Assembly (NCBI GenBank): GCA_041661305.1 | Contig: JBAZUR010000001.1 | Span: 313,986-377,985 of the forward strand | DNA: 64,000 bases | Reading direction: 5' to 3' | Source: Minisyncoccota bacterium | Lineage (GTDB): Bacteria > Patescibacteriota > Minisyncoccia > Phycocordibacterales > VMEP01 | Shown here: one piece after another, positions 45,205-60,200 of the stretch | Layout: every line of letters begins with the position of its first letter | Numbering within the stretch: position 1 is the first letter of the stretch | Position numbers and translations under genes: made by a program | Notes under the pieces: generated by a model | What the model saw: the letters and a program-made list of their open reading frames with translations, nothing else | Database searches by the model: none | Told to the model about the DNA's origin: nothing

Positions 45205-48200
45205 TTAAATAGCCGGAGTACTTGTTGCAACCGTATCTGTTGTTGTCGCTGTTTCTGTTGTAGTTGGTGCGACTGTTTCCACTGGTGTTGTGGTTGTTGT
45301 ATCAACGACAGGAGTCGTCGTTGTATCTGTCGTTGTCGTGGTGGTCTCTGTAGTTGGTGCGGTGTAGGTCGCAGTTGGTTCAGTGAGAGCATTCACACTT
45401 CCAGAAATCGCATCAACAATCGCTCCGACAACCGACGAGCTTGAAGTTTGTGTTGCTGTTGTTGCTCCACCGACCAAACACTCCCCTGACGTTGTTTTTG
45501 GAAGACCGCCGGAGATTGTTAGACAGTATGGCGTTCCAAACTCTTCGTCGTACATTGTAATTCCAGAACGTCTCTCTGGTGAACCAACCTTGATTCCACC
45601 ACGCACCTCAATATTGTCAGCCAATAATTTACCGCTTGCGTCGATGCTCCATGTGCCGGAGGACGAAGTGATTGCGCTAACATTTTCAACAGCAAATCCG
45701 GCCATATCAAGAACTCCTTGTGACAAAACTCGACCAGATACTGAATCAACGGCAAGTGTCGCAGAAGTTGATGTCGCGCTTGTCAAAGCCCCATCAAGTC
45801 GTGTCCAACCAACTGAAACAGCGACAGCAACCGAGCCCTGATAAACAAACGTGCCATCAACATTCACCGAGGTCACGGTCGAAGTTGCCGACTGAGTTCC
45901 GTCAAACAAACCAAGTGCTATACCTATTGTCTGTGATGATGTTGTCGCCTTCATACCAACACCAGGAACTGAAGATAGTGTGATGCGATCGCCCGGCTTG
46001 ATTACACCGCCCTCAGTTGAAACCTTAACGACAGTCTTTCCAGAAAATACGACTGATGGTGAAGTGCTTGTACTCGAGAACGTTAGTCCGGCAACGTTCG
46101 CGATTCCAACTATTGATGTTGCGTTTGTCTTGTCTGCGCGAACCAAAACGGCGGATGTTGTTGTTGCACCCATCTCACTTGGCGGTTCGACCGCCAAGTT
46201 GGTGGCTTGGGTTGTTGTGGCGCTCATTGCGACGATATCACCGGCCTCAACATCACTTGAGGAAAGGTCGGCAAAATGTTCTGCGATTCCTGATTCTGCG
46301 AGAGCAACTTTATCTGACGAGATTGTGCGTGAACCAAATGAGTCACAGAAAGATGCGACACAGATGCTGTCTGAAATAATTGCCTTGGCGGAAATAATAT
46401 TTGCTTTAATATCGCCAGCAAAAGTTAATACCGGTGTGCTTGTTGCGGAAATTGAAAGGTAGATATTTTCAGTAGAGCTTGAAGAATTATCAGAAGAACT
46501 AGAAACTTCACCGATTGAGAAGGTGCCATTTCTTGATTCAACAAACCAATCTTTTGTTGTTGTTCCGACCCCAACATTTCCACCACTAATTGAGTCGATA
46601 ACAGAAGCTGTGTCGGTGAGAGTCAAACGAGGAGAAGGAGCTGAAATTGATAGTGCTGATTTTGGTGCCGATGTGCCGATTCCAACACGACCATCGCCTG
46701 TAATTGCAAACGAAGTGTTACCAACAGCGTCAAGTGCGACGAAAGTCATCGTTTCTCCAATTTTGGAGGTTGAGCCTCCAAAATTGTTTTGGACGGTGAG
46801 GCGGGCGGTTGCGGTTGGTGCGATTCCTATCGCGCCGGTTGTTGAGCCGGTTGTTGCGATGCCGATGCCAACGTTGCCACTGAATACGGCGTCCGCGCCG
46901 ACGTTCAAATCTTTTGCAACGTAAATATCTTCTGTGTTTATTTTTTTAACCTCCACCGTGTCGCCAACAAATTTTCCATTCTCATCAACAGACCACTTTC
47001 CGTCAACACCGAGGATACTAGAAACTTCTTTTATAGAGCTACCTTTCAAATTAAGAACTGTCGTTGTTGAAAGGGTTGTTGCGCCTGTCGTCTTATCTAT
47101 GACCCAAGCATTTGTTGCAATTGTTGAAGTTGCCAAAGCGAGAGATGCGCTAATCTGAGTATCAAAATCTTTCATTGAATCAACTTTTGAAGCCAAGGTT
47201 TGTACGCCAGAGAGTGTGAAAGTTGCAAGTTTATACAAATCAACACCTTTTCCATCTGGGGAAAGAATTTCAGGGGCAACAACTTGCGCATCTTCAGCGA
47301 TAAAACCAAGACGAAGCGGTTCACTATTTTCCTCTGCGTTGTAACGATATGTCGCAGTCTTCAAATTAATGAGTTGATTAAACATGTCTTCCGCTGAAGA
47401 AGCAGTCGTGTAAGAAATATCTTTTTTCGCAGTCTTTGTTGATGTGTTCACGAAAGCGGTAGCGCCAACGTCTCCTGCAACAGAAAGCGCGCGATTTGGC
47501 GTCGTCGTGCCGATGCCGACGTTGCCGTTTACATCAACGGTTAGCACAGATGTTGTCGTGGCACTTGAAATAAAACTTGTGCGGGTGTTGAGTTCTTTCA
47601 CACCCTGCAATGCTAAGGCTCCTAACTTGCTGTAACTCACACCCCAAGCACCGCTATCTGTATCTTTTAGATTAGGGTCATCGTTATCGCTTCCTTTAAT
47701 TACAACCTCTGGAAATATTGGATACAATTCTTGAGCTATAACCCCAATATCATGTTTACCTGTTCCTTTCCAATCAAATGCTACGGCACGATAATTATCT
47801 AAACGATTAAGAACGGACAAACTTTCTATGTTTTTCTTAAGGCGAACATCTGATCCCGACACCCAGTCAACACCCTGATCTGCCACATACGGCCCTGCGG
47901 TAAATGTGATTGCATTTCCCGCCGTTCCAGATGGTGCGGTCATAACTCTTACGCCTATACCACCACCAGCACCATATCTAATTTGTGAAGCCTTATCACT
48001 AACATCGTAAAGATAAGAATCTGTGGTATCTGTGGTGCGGAAGTTGTAACCCGTAGACCCGTAGTTACCACCAGAATTTCCTATAGCCACCACTCCAACA
48101 CGCAACCCCGAACCAGCAGACCCAGATGGAATATTCAAAGAGTAATTTGCTGATGGAGTTGTCCCGATGCCAGTTTTTCCGTTAGTATCAATGGTCATTT

Positions 48201-51200
48201 GGCGATTCCCACCGTTAGTAGCGAATGTAATTGACCCTTGTGAGCGTAGGCCAAACAGAGAACTGTCGGCGGTGCCGAATAGAGTGGCGCCATAACCAAC
48301 ATATCCTCGAGCCCCATTAGCTGTACTATCATAAAACGTAGTGTAAGCTCCTGTTGATACATTAGACTCGAAGCGAGCTGTTTCACTTGTACCAGAATAA
48401 ACGTTCAAAACTGCTGATGGTGTTGTGGTACCAATACCGACGTTGCCACCAGTTGCTATCGTTATCCCATTACCACTACTGCCGAAAGTAGTTGTCGTAA
48501 TTCTAATTTTCCCAGTTGCTGAATGAGTACCAATGTAAGCCGTACCACTGGTTCTCAAGTACATTCCTGTATCATTTCCAAAGGTGTTTACATCGCCAAC
48601 TATGAATGCAGCAGAATTAGACCCTGAGTGACTAATATGTAGAGGGCCCGCCGGATTCGCCAGCCCAATACCCACACCTCCACCGTTCGTCACAATGAAG
48701 TCTGTCTTTGTTGATGAACCAATGACAAATGCAGGGCCGGTGATACCGTTTGGATTTACAGAAAGTTGACCCCAAGGTGTTGATGTACCAACTCCAAAAT
48801 TTCCACCATTGAAATATGAGTTTCCACTATTGTTGATTAAAATATTTCCGTTTGATGAACTGATACCTCCATCATTCATATACATCGAACCGGTGCCTGT
48901 GCGGAGTGTTCCTTTCACCCACAAGTTTGAAGCGAAGGTCGAGGTGGCATTTGTACCCGTGCCGTTCACGTCGATGAAGCCAGCGAAGGTTGAGGTGGCT
49001 GTTCCGCTAACAGTGAGGTTACCTGCGTTTGATACTGAGAATAGAGTTGATGTTGCGTATGCGGATGTTGAACTTCCTATTGAGAACAGTGTTGTGTTTG
49101 TCTCTCCTGCGTTTGCGTGAATAGAAAGTTTTGCATATGGCGAGGTGGTGCCGATGCCAACCTTATCAGCATAATCAGCCAAGAAAGATTGAACTCCGTC
49201 GTTTTGCCAACCACCAGCTGTTGCGTTGACTGGAGCAATGAGGGCGCCGGTGAAGGTTGAATTATTACCGAGTGTATGGTCACCACCACATGTATTATTA
49301 ATAATAAGGCTAAAATAATCAGTTGTTCCATTAGCATCTGCAACCACACTAAGCGAAGGTACTCCCACCACATACGAACCGTTACCAAGAAGAGCTGAAC
49401 TTGTTAATCCACCTCCATTCTTTGTGATATATACAGTAACACCATTTCCCACAGTACAAGTTGCAAAGGTATCTGTTGTGAGGTTTACAGTTAAAATGTA
49501 CTTGCCTGCTACCGTCGGCGTGAACCGTTCAGTAGTGAGGTCGAAGTTATTGTTGGTGTCAAACCTCTCCGCATCAAACGTAACGGTAGTATTACCTCCT
49601 CCTGCAGTAATGACCTGACTCGTCCCATTCTTATACACACTGAACGAAGGCCCAGTCGTCGCTGTATTCATTCCTTGCCATGTTCCATTTAGATTTTTGA
49701 ATTCAAGAGTGCCGGCATTGTCACGAAGACCGTAACCACCTGTGCCTGTTGATGTGCCGAAGTTTAGATAACGGCTCGTTCCATTGAGAAGTGTGTCGCC
49801 GTAGACAGTTAATTTAGCCGATGGGGTGGTGGTGCCAAAACCAACGTTGCCAGTTGAGTCAATACGTATACGTTCTGTGCCAGAAATAGTTATTCCGATA
49901 GCATTTGCAGAAGGTCTAAAGAAACCAGTGGTGGTATCATTTCCGACCGTAAGTGTCGGAATACTAGCCGACCCTGAAATCTGAATGGTTAATTGCGTGG
50001 GGTTCACTCTAGCTACTTCGATGCCATTAGCAACTAACCCTACGGTGTTGCCTGCGACCCTCGCAATACCAGTGTTTGTTGAATCGGCAAATGCAATAGA
50101 AGGTGCCGCCGTACTTCCATCAGGTATTATTATTTGTCCACTCCCAATAGTAAGTGCTGCGGTTGGGTTACTTGTGCCAATTCCAACCTTACCCCCATTC
50201 GTCACGATAAATTTAGTAGCAGTTGACGAACCAATTACAAACGCTGGGCCAGTGATACCGTTTGGGTTTACAGAAAGTTGACCCCATGGCGTCGTTGTAC
50301 CGATGCCGAGATAACCGTTATCATCAAGCCGCATCTTCTCAGAGAGCGAGTACCCGTTCAATGTGGAGAAGGTTAATGCAGAGGTGGTGGCAGTACCGCC
50401 AGCGTTAGTGAAAATAGCGCTGATACGACCGATGTTGGTGGTAGTGGCTGAGGTGTTACCGGCGGCAAAGAGGAGGCTGGTACTGATGCCGTTGGCTCCT
50501 GGAGTGGTAGTTGCCCACCCACCGTGAGTAATGGTAAGCACATCAGCATTAGATGAGGTGTTGCTGTCGAAGGTGCCCGCATAGAGCGCCGGGGAGAGTA
50601 CGAGGGAGGTGGAGGTAGATTGCATAAACGTTCCCGAACCATTACTGAAAAGACCCCCTTGACCGAGATTCAAACCACCTCTGACATAGAGGTTGTTTCC
50701 TATATCCATATTATCCCAAACCGTAACCGATGATGACTGCAAATTCCCCGTAAGGACTGTTGGTATTTCTATACCTGCAAGATTAACTACCGTAAGACGA
50801 CTCGTACCATAAGCTGTCACGTACGCATAACGACCGGAAACATAAACTGCGGCAGCGGAAGATAAGTTTGTGCTGTCTTTTAATGAACCGACGACGAATG
50901 GGTTAGTTGGAGTTGAAATATCAACCACAGTTAGGCGGTTACTACCGCTTAGTGTAGTTACGTACGCATAGCTCCCAGAAACAAACATCGACTGGGGAGC
51001 AGATAAATTATCTGCGTCAAATACAGACCCGACAACAACAGGGGTTGATGGGTTAGAAACATCAACTATAGTAAGACGGCTTGTACCGTTTGCGCCAACA
51101 TAAACATACCTACCGGAAGCATAAACGGAGATTGCACTGCCTAAATTTACAGCATCATTTACAGACCCTACAACAATAGGGGTTGTGGGGTTAGATATAT

Positions 51201-54200
51201 CAACTACAGTTAGGCGACTACTACCAGCCGCCGCTACGTATGCGTAACGACCAGAAACAGACAGACCAATTGCAATACTTAAATTTGTGGCATCATTTAC
51301 AGACCCAATAACAACAGGATTTGTTGGGTTAGATATATCAACCACAGTTAAGCGGGCACCGCCAGACGACGTTACATATGCGTAACGACCAGATACAGAT
51401 ACGGCTCGAGGAGCGTTTAATTTAGTGTTGTCTTTTACAGACCCCACAACAACAGGGGTTGTGGGATTTGATATGTCAACCACTGCTAAACCATTATTAT
51501 CTTGTGCCCCTACATAAGCATATCGCCCAGATACAGAAATAGAACGAGGAGCGTTTAAATTAATACTGTCTTTTACAGACCCGACAACAACAGGGGTTGA
51601 TGGGTTTGTAACATCAACAACAGTAAGTCTATCTCCACTATCTGATGTAACATAAGCGTAACGGCCAGAAACAGAGAGAGCCATAGCCCCAGGGAGATTA
51701 GTAGTGTCTGCAACACTACCCTTAACTGTCATGTGAAAATCACGAATGGATCCGAATTCAATCGGCGAAGCAGCGGGACCAGATGAAGTGGCAAAACCGT
51801 TAAGAAATGACATTAATGGTCCAGTTGCAGTTGTAGAGGTTGATTGCACAATCGCAAACGCCGGTAAAGTAGAAGAAGCGGAGATAGATAGTTTTGCGTA
51901 TGGAGAAGTGGTACCAACGCCGACGTTGCCGGTGGAGAGTGTGGAGCCTGTTCCGGTGATTCCCGTACCAAATATTATGTTTCCGATGTTGAGTTGACCG
52001 GAAGCGGTGGCTGATGGAAGTGAAATGTTATTACCGATAAGTATGTTTTGGCTACCAGTGGTGAGGTTTGCAATTGCAGTGGAGGAAGTTGCTGTTCCTA
52101 TCCAAATATTATTGGAACCAGTGGTGACACCATAACCAGACTGATAGCCGAGGAAGGTGTTGTAGTCGGAGTTGTTGCCAGCAGAGTAGCCAGACTGGTA
52201 GCCGACATAGGTGCCTCCTTGGTTGTAGTAAGAAGAAGGACCTCGAGCTGCGGAATAACCAACTGCAGTGGAGGAAGTGGCTGAGGTATTGTTGAAGAGA
52301 GCGTTCATGCCATTTGCTGTATTGTTGGTGCCGGTGATGTTGTTGTAGAGGGCTTGCGTGCCATTTGCGGTGTTTTGATAACCTGTGGTGTTTAAATAGA
52401 GTGCCTGTACTCCGCTTGCGACATTGTTATAACCGGTGGTGTTAAAATAGAGAGAATTAACACCACTAGCGGTGTTGTTATAACCAGTAGTATTCGCTAC
52501 AAGAGCTGCTGTACCACTTACGGTGTTGTAATAACCAGTAGTGTTAGCTAAAAGAGAATTCATGCCGATTGCAGTGTTGTAATAGCCAGTGGTGTTGGCT
52601 GTAAGTGCTTTTCCACCGACTGCAGTATTGTTAACACCGGTGGTGTTGGCGTAAAGAGCTTGATAACCATTTGCGGTGTTGTAATAACCTACTGTATTTG
52701 CTGTAAGGGCGTTATACCCAACAGCTGTATTATATTGTGCCGTAGAAATTGTCGGTGTCGTTGCGAGAGCGCCTTGACCAACGGCGACAGAATACCAAGG
52801 TGTTGATGATGCGCTCATCCATCCTGCGGCACTTGATGCTCCGACGGCGAGGGCATTGTTGGTGGTGCTTGCATAAAGGACGGTATTTCCATCTTGCTTG
52901 TATCCGCCGAACTGATCGGTGTTGATGAACCCAGCGACGTCTAGTTTGTATGATGGAGTTGCGTCGCCGATGCCAATATTTCCTGTTGAAAGAGTCGAGC
53001 CTGTGCCGTTGAGATTAACACCATAAATTAAATTTCCAATATTGAGCTGATTTGAAGCTGTTGCTGATGCGACTGCGACATCATTACCGATAGAAATGTT
53101 GTTTGAACCTGTGGTGACTTGGTTGTATGAAGCGGAGATAGTTGAGTTACCAAGGAAGACATTCCTTGCACCAGTGGTGACACCGTAGCCGGAGTTATAA
53201 CCGACGAATGTGTTGTAGTCGGAGCCAGTGGCGGCGCTAAAGCCAGCTGAATAACCAAGATACACGCCACCTTGATTTGAGTAGGAAGCGTTGCCTTCTG
53301 CGGCCGAATATCCAATCGCTATGGAGGAGGTAGCGGAAGCGTTGTTGTGGAGAGCACTGCGACCGATGGCGATGTTAGTATTACCGGTGGTATTGGAGTA
53401 GAGGGCATTCGCACCAATAGCGGTGTTGGAGGCGCCGGTGGTGTTGGAGTAGAGAGCATTCAAGCCATTAGCTGTGTTGGAGGAACCGGTGGTGTTGAAG
53501 TAGAGGGTGCTCATACCGTTAGCAGTGTTGAAAGAGCCGGTGGTGTTGGAGTAAAGGGCATCCACACCGATGGCGGTGTTTTTCTTGCTGGTAGTGTTAG
53601 AAGTAAGGGCGTTATACCCAACAGCTGTATTGTATTGTGCTGTGGCATTAGTAGGTGTCGTTGCAAGGGCGCCTTGACCAACGGCGACAGAATACCAAGG
53701 TGTTGATGATGCGCTCATCCATGAAGATGCTGAGGATGCGCCGACAGCTAATGAAGTATTAGTCGTGCTTGCGTACAATACTGTGTTCCCATCTTGCTTG
53801 TATCCAGAATATTTATCGGTATTGATAAAGCCTGCGACATCAAGTTTGTATGAAGGAGAGGTTGTGCCAACTCCAACATTTCCAGTTGGAGTAATTTTTA
53901 ATCTTTCAGTACCAGCACCAGATGTTCCTGTATAAAAAGACATTCCTCCTGTTGCTGACCCTGAAGACTGTAGATAAAGTTCTCCGGCGTTTAATCCTAT
54001 TGTTGACTTATAACCACCGTTATCCCAAAGCATTAACTTCTCGCCAGCGCCAACAACGCTAGGCGCAGCTGGGGCGGCATATCCAGAATTATTAAAAGTA
54101 ATTAAGGTGCCAGGACTTGCGGCAGCTCCTGTGTTTGCTCCAAGTTTTATATTTCCTAATACATCTAACGCAACGCTTGGATTACTTGTTCCAATTCCAA

Positions 54201-57200
54201 CATATCCATTACTTGCGACATGGAATGCGGTTGATGTTCCCGCACCGCTTGTTGATGATGCGATTGTGAATAAAGGAGTTGAACCACCTGCTGTTGCTTG
54301 GACTGAGAGTTTTGCGTATGGTGAAGTGGTGCCGATGCCGAGGTTGGTGCCAGTGCTGAGGTACGTGCTCGCACCAGAGTTGGTGAAGAAGTTGGTACCG
54401 CTGGATGAGCCCACACATACGCCATTTACTGCGAAACATCCGGTAGCGAGGTTGATACCATAGCCAAATGTCGAAGTTGCCGTGTTTGAGATATTGATTG
54501 TATTCGCGCCGGTGTTGCCAAGAGAGAGGAGTGTTCCTGGAGTTGTGGTGCCGATGCCGACATTACCACCACTTAATACTGTTAGGTATGTTGTCTGTGT
54601 TCCACCACCAGTATGTGTTCCGTAATTTAATGTGCCTCCAGAATAACTAAACTGACCAGCACTACTTCCGTCGTGCCACAATTCAAACTGTGGATTTGAT
54701 GCATCAATAACACGAGTTTTACCAAATGCTGCAGTGTAGCTGTTGGCAAATGAGTTGACGCTTGTTTGGTTACGAATATTTCCACTCACATCCAATCTCG
54801 CACCTGGTGAATTTGTCCCTATTCCAACATTTCCACCAACAAACAAATTAGTTGTTGACGCTGTGGTTGAATAGAAGTTTGTTGTTGTTGCACTTGTTCC
54901 AGTTGCATTTACGAATGTGAAGTTTTGGAATGATACTGTGCCGGTTGCTGTGATGTTTGTTGCTGTGAGTGTGCCGGCAAAGTATCCTGAACCGTTTACA
55001 GAAAGCATAGCGAATGGAGAGGTGGTGCCGATACCAACATTTCCAGAATTGTTTATTACAAACAATGTTGATGAAGCGGAGTTAACCGCTTGGAATACGT
55101 TTTCTGCTGTTGTGGTTGCTGACCATACTGTTAGTTTTGCGTATGGTGTTGATGTACCAATGCCGACGCGAGTGTTTGCCATACTGCCTGTGCCGTCTGC
55201 TTGGCCGTAGATTGTGAGGACGGGGTCACCGTTTAGTTGAGCAACATATCCTTCAACTGTACCCTGTGCGACGTTTGAACTCACGAGCATATCTGTCCAT
55301 GTGACCAAACCTGCATCAGCATCAAAATTGGTTGCACCTAGATTAAGATTTGAAATTGAAGTTATTCCACTTGTATAGTCGTATGCAAAATCACCGTTGT
55401 TCACATTCAAACTTCCAGCAAACGTGGAGGTACTTGTGTTGGTGACAATAAGATTTGTGAGTGTTGTTGTGCCGGCAGATACTGTGCCTGTCGCCGTGAA
55501 GTTGCCCCCAATATATGTATCACCCGCTACAGATAGTTTTGCGAATGGTGAGGTTGTGCCGATGCCGACGTTGCCTGTATTATCAATTCTCATTCGCTCA
55601 ACATTTGTTGCTGAAGTACCAGTGTAGAAAAACATCCCACCAGTAGAGTTAAGAATGCGGTTATATACCGAGGTTCCATTGTAAGAGGTGAAGTCCATGC
55701 CACCAGCCCAATTGTTATCACTAGAAGAACCAAGGATTCTAATTCCAGAGACTGATTGTGCGAGGGTCCCACCAGAATTAGCAGTTAAAAGCCCGGTCAT
55801 ACTTCCTGTGCCGTGAACACTAAGTGTTGTTGCCGGACTCGTCGTGCCGATGCCGACGTTGCCGGTGCTTGTAATTCTCATCGCTTCTACAGCAGATGCG
55901 TTTCGGAATATATTGTTTCCCGCATCAAAGTAATTGTTGGAGGTATTATTATATCCGATGATTAAATTAGCGACTCCACTATTTAACACATATAATTTTG
56001 AATTAACTGGATCCGTCGTCCCAATACCAACGTTGCCTTCTACCATAAGACCGTTTGTTGGGGCAGCGATATTGTAATTTGCACCGATGGATGCGCCGCC
56101 CGAAACTGCGAGTTTACTTGCCGGACTCGTCGTCCCGATGCCGACGTTGCCCCCGTTCGGTTGCAACACCAAATCCCCTGACGCGTGTATATCCAAATCG
56201 TTTGCTCGCGTAGAGTGAGTCGAATTGTATCGAATAAGATAAGCGGGTGTCGCGGACTGTCCCGTATCCTCTCCAAATGTCAAAATACTCTGTGCGCCCG
56301 TGCCGGTGCTAATGTTCGCAATTTTTATTCCCGCGATACCATTCCGAGATCCCGATAAGACACTGTAAAACGCCTGAGACACTACCCCAGCATCAAGAGT
56401 AAGAAGAGCACTCGGACTCGTTGTACCAATACCAACATTGCCGTTAGCCATTATTCTCATCTTCTCTCCAATAGTGCCACCAGTATGAAATGCTAGGTCA
56501 TATGAACCTGCGGAGACGACAGACTGAACACGTCCAACGGTAGTACCACCAACTCCGCTAGTAAATGCAAGTGATGCACCGTCGGCCACCGAACCACCGT
56601 GACCAGCAGAGTTTATTCTAATGAAATCAACATTTGCTCCAGCACTTCGTGCTCCATAAACATCGAGTAGCGACGTCGGTGTCGTTGTTCCAATACCAAC
56701 GAAACCTGTTTCGGCAATACGTGCAACTTCAACAGCTCCTGGTTTAAAAATTATGTCGTTATTATTCGCCGCAGAATTCCCTGTTTGAATTGTAAGAGGA
56801 GAACTATCCTGACTTGCAAGATTTTGAATTGTCACCCCACCAGAAGCATTTAATGTTAGTTGATTGTTACTTAGAACGGTCAAAGATGCGCCGAAATTAA
56901 CGATTGAACCAGAGCTTCCAAGGTCTAATTTATTTGAAGGAGAAAGTGTCCCCAAACCAACGCGACCCGTTGAATAATCGACAACGAATGAGTTCGTATC
57001 AACTATCATTCCTCCTGCAAACGTACTCGTCGCAGTGGTTGAAGTAGCAAAGATAGCAGAGACTTGTGGAGTTGATGATGCGACAAGAGCACCTGAACCG
57101 TCGGTTGTGATGACCATGTGTTTACCTAAAGATGAGAATGTTGGTGATGTAGAAGAAAAAATATTTGTAGCATAAATATTTTGCCACCTCATTGTTGGGC

Positions 57201-60200
57201 TACCTAAGTCATATGTATTATCAGCATCTGGGCCAACATTTCCCAACACTTGAAGTTTAAATGTTCCTGGTGTCGTAGTGCCTATTCCTACATACCCTGA
57301 ATTGTTTATTACAAACAATGTTGATGAAGCGGAGTTAACAACTTGAAATACATTTTCTGCTGTTGTGGTTGCAGACCATACTGTGAGTTTTGCATATGGA
57401 GTGCTTGTGCCTACACCAACACGTGTGTTTGCCATACTGCCTGTGCCGTCTGCTTGGCCGTAGATTGTGAGGACAGGATTGCTGTCTAATTGAGCGGTGT
57501 AACTTTGAACTGTTCCGTTTGCAGAAGAAGATGTGACTGGCATATCAACCCATGAGAGTATTCCCCCGTCGGTATCAAAATTCATTGAACCAAAATTAAG
57601 ATTTGAAATCGATGTTGAAGTGGTGGAAGCTTCGTAGAAAATATCGTAACCACCAATATTCATATCTCCATTGTCTGTGACTTGCAAGAGTGTTGTTGAG
57701 GCACTATTCACCAACGCAAATGTCTGCCCTGTTGTTGTGCCTGTCCCCCACACTGTTAGTTTTGAATATGGTGTTGATGTGCCGATGCCGACATTGCCTG
57801 CACTGGTAAGTCTCATTGCCTCAACGGAACTACCAGGACTCAACACAATCGCACCATTAGCGTTCATTGAAAGGAGTGAGAGAAGTGGGCTGCCAGAGTT
57901 GTAACTGTATTGTATCTGAGCACCAGCGTCATCAGCTGGAGTGCCAAATAAGATACGGGCAGGATTCGCATCTGGGCTGATGAAATGCATTCCTACATCA
58001 GAAGAATTCTCTATCACAAGGTCGTCAGCCGCTGTGTTAGCAATAATGGTTCCCGCACTTCCTGAGAATATGTTCAGCTTCCCTTCCGGCCCCGTCGTTC
58101 CGATACCGACGTTGCCACTTGTTTTTATTCTTACTTGTTCCGATGCTGTCCCTGCAGAATACGGCCTAAATACAATGTCGCCAGAATTATCCGCTCCATT
58201 TCTTACCGCACCTATATCTGCTATCGGATTTGATACTCCTGCAATATCTTGAATTGAAAAAGTTACGGCTGAGCCAAAACCATTTATCATATCACCTGTT
58301 GTTTTGTGTCTTACCATTAAACCTCGTGCAATAGAATCAATTGCGGCAGATGTTCTTTCTGAGGTGATCGTATAATCACTCCCGCTAGTCACATCTAACT
58401 TAACCCCTGGTGTTGATGTGCCAATGCCAACGTTGCCCGTCATAAACGCAAAGAGTGACGCATTAAATTCCATTGGCAAATAAACATTACCGGCATCGTT
58501 AAATGAACGAACTGAGGCCCCGGCCCCGGCAGTTAGTGCGCCGATAACGTCGACATTAACGTTAGTCCCCGCATGAGTACGAAATGTTCCCCAATTATCC
58601 AATTTATATGCTGGTGTTGCTGTCCCAATACCGACGTTGCTGCCGACAGGGTTCAAAAGCAACGGATATGTCTGATCACCGCTTCGCGCCGCCTGAATAA
58701 CACCGCGATTGTTCGTTGTGTCAATCATGAAAGAAAGTCGTTTGAGCGGATCTGTCGCACCGCTTATCGCCAATTGTGCACCGCCGTTGTTGTCGTAAGG
58801 ATAGGGCCCCGTTCCATCTGCTACGATTTGTGTCTTGAATCCAGGTGTCGTTGTCCCAATACCGACGTTGCCGGTTGTATCGATTGTAACGCGAGCAGAG
58901 TTATTAGTCGTAAGCGTAAGTGGGTCTGAAGTATACGTACCCATGAAAAGATCATCATTATTATCAACATATATACGCGAACGGAGACCAGCGAGACCCG
59001 TGCCTTTCGTAATCGCGAAACCAGCGTATCCAGTTAGGGCATCGTTATTAACCGCGGAGAGAGGGTAAGTGCCATAAGAACCGCTTGTGGTATTGCGTGA
59101 TACAACGAGTGCATTATCAGGGCTCGTTGTTCCAATACCGACATTGCCTCCAGATGGTTCTAAGACTAATGCGTCGTGTGTCACCCCCTCTGTAATTGCT
59201 CCAATATATCCGTATTTATTGGTTGTGTTGTAGCCAACATATACACCCTGTGTGTTTGCCGCGTAAAACTTTGCAATGGAATTTGCATATATAGTTCCAC
59301 TGCTACCAAGTACGTTCAGTTTCGCGTTCGGTGTCGTCGTGCCGATGCCGACGTTGCCGGAAGATAATAATGTCATCACATCAGTATCTGCATCACTACC
59401 ACTTGCATAGTTAAGAGAAATTGTTAGTGCTGTACGTGAATTGTTTGTTGCGTCCTGCCACCTTCCCATCCAAAAATCAGCCACCTGCTCGTAGGTTGAT
59501 TCTTGTGGAAGCATTAGACTAAACAATTTCTGATTTTTGATAACAGTTGAACCAGCAGAAACTGCGGTCCCGATAACATTCAACTTACCAGAAGGATTAG
59601 TAAACGAATCGTTTGTGCCAACATTCAAGTATCCTGCGAAAGTTGATGTTGCTGTTGTTGATGTAGCAAAGATAGCAGCGACTTGTGGAGTTGATGATGC
59701 AACAAGAGTACCTGAGCCATCAGTTGTGATAACCATGTGCTTACCTAGTGATGAGTAGACAGGAGCAGTGGTTCCATAGATTGTGCCGTCTACTTCTAGG
59801 TCACCTGCTATATATGCAGAGTTGTAGTAGTTAGTTGAAGCTATGCTGTCTGGTGTTGATGAACCGACTGTGAGTAATACTGTTGGTGAGGTGGTGCCGA
59901 TGCCGACTTTGCCATCGTAGCTCACTGTTAATATTGAAGCGTTGGTTGAACTTGAAACCTGGAATATAGGGCGAGTGGAACCGGATGTTCCCATTACAGA
60001 AAGTTTTGCAAATGGAGTTGATGAGCCGATACCAACGCCATAATTTTGAATACCACCTACCCCATCAGACTCACCATAAACAGTGAGCATTGAGTTGCCA
60101 TCAAGATGTGCTGTGTAGCTTTCCACTGTTCCGATTGCTGAATCAGAAGTAACAGGCATATCAATCCAAGAAAGTGCGCCTGCGTCAGAATCAAAACTTG

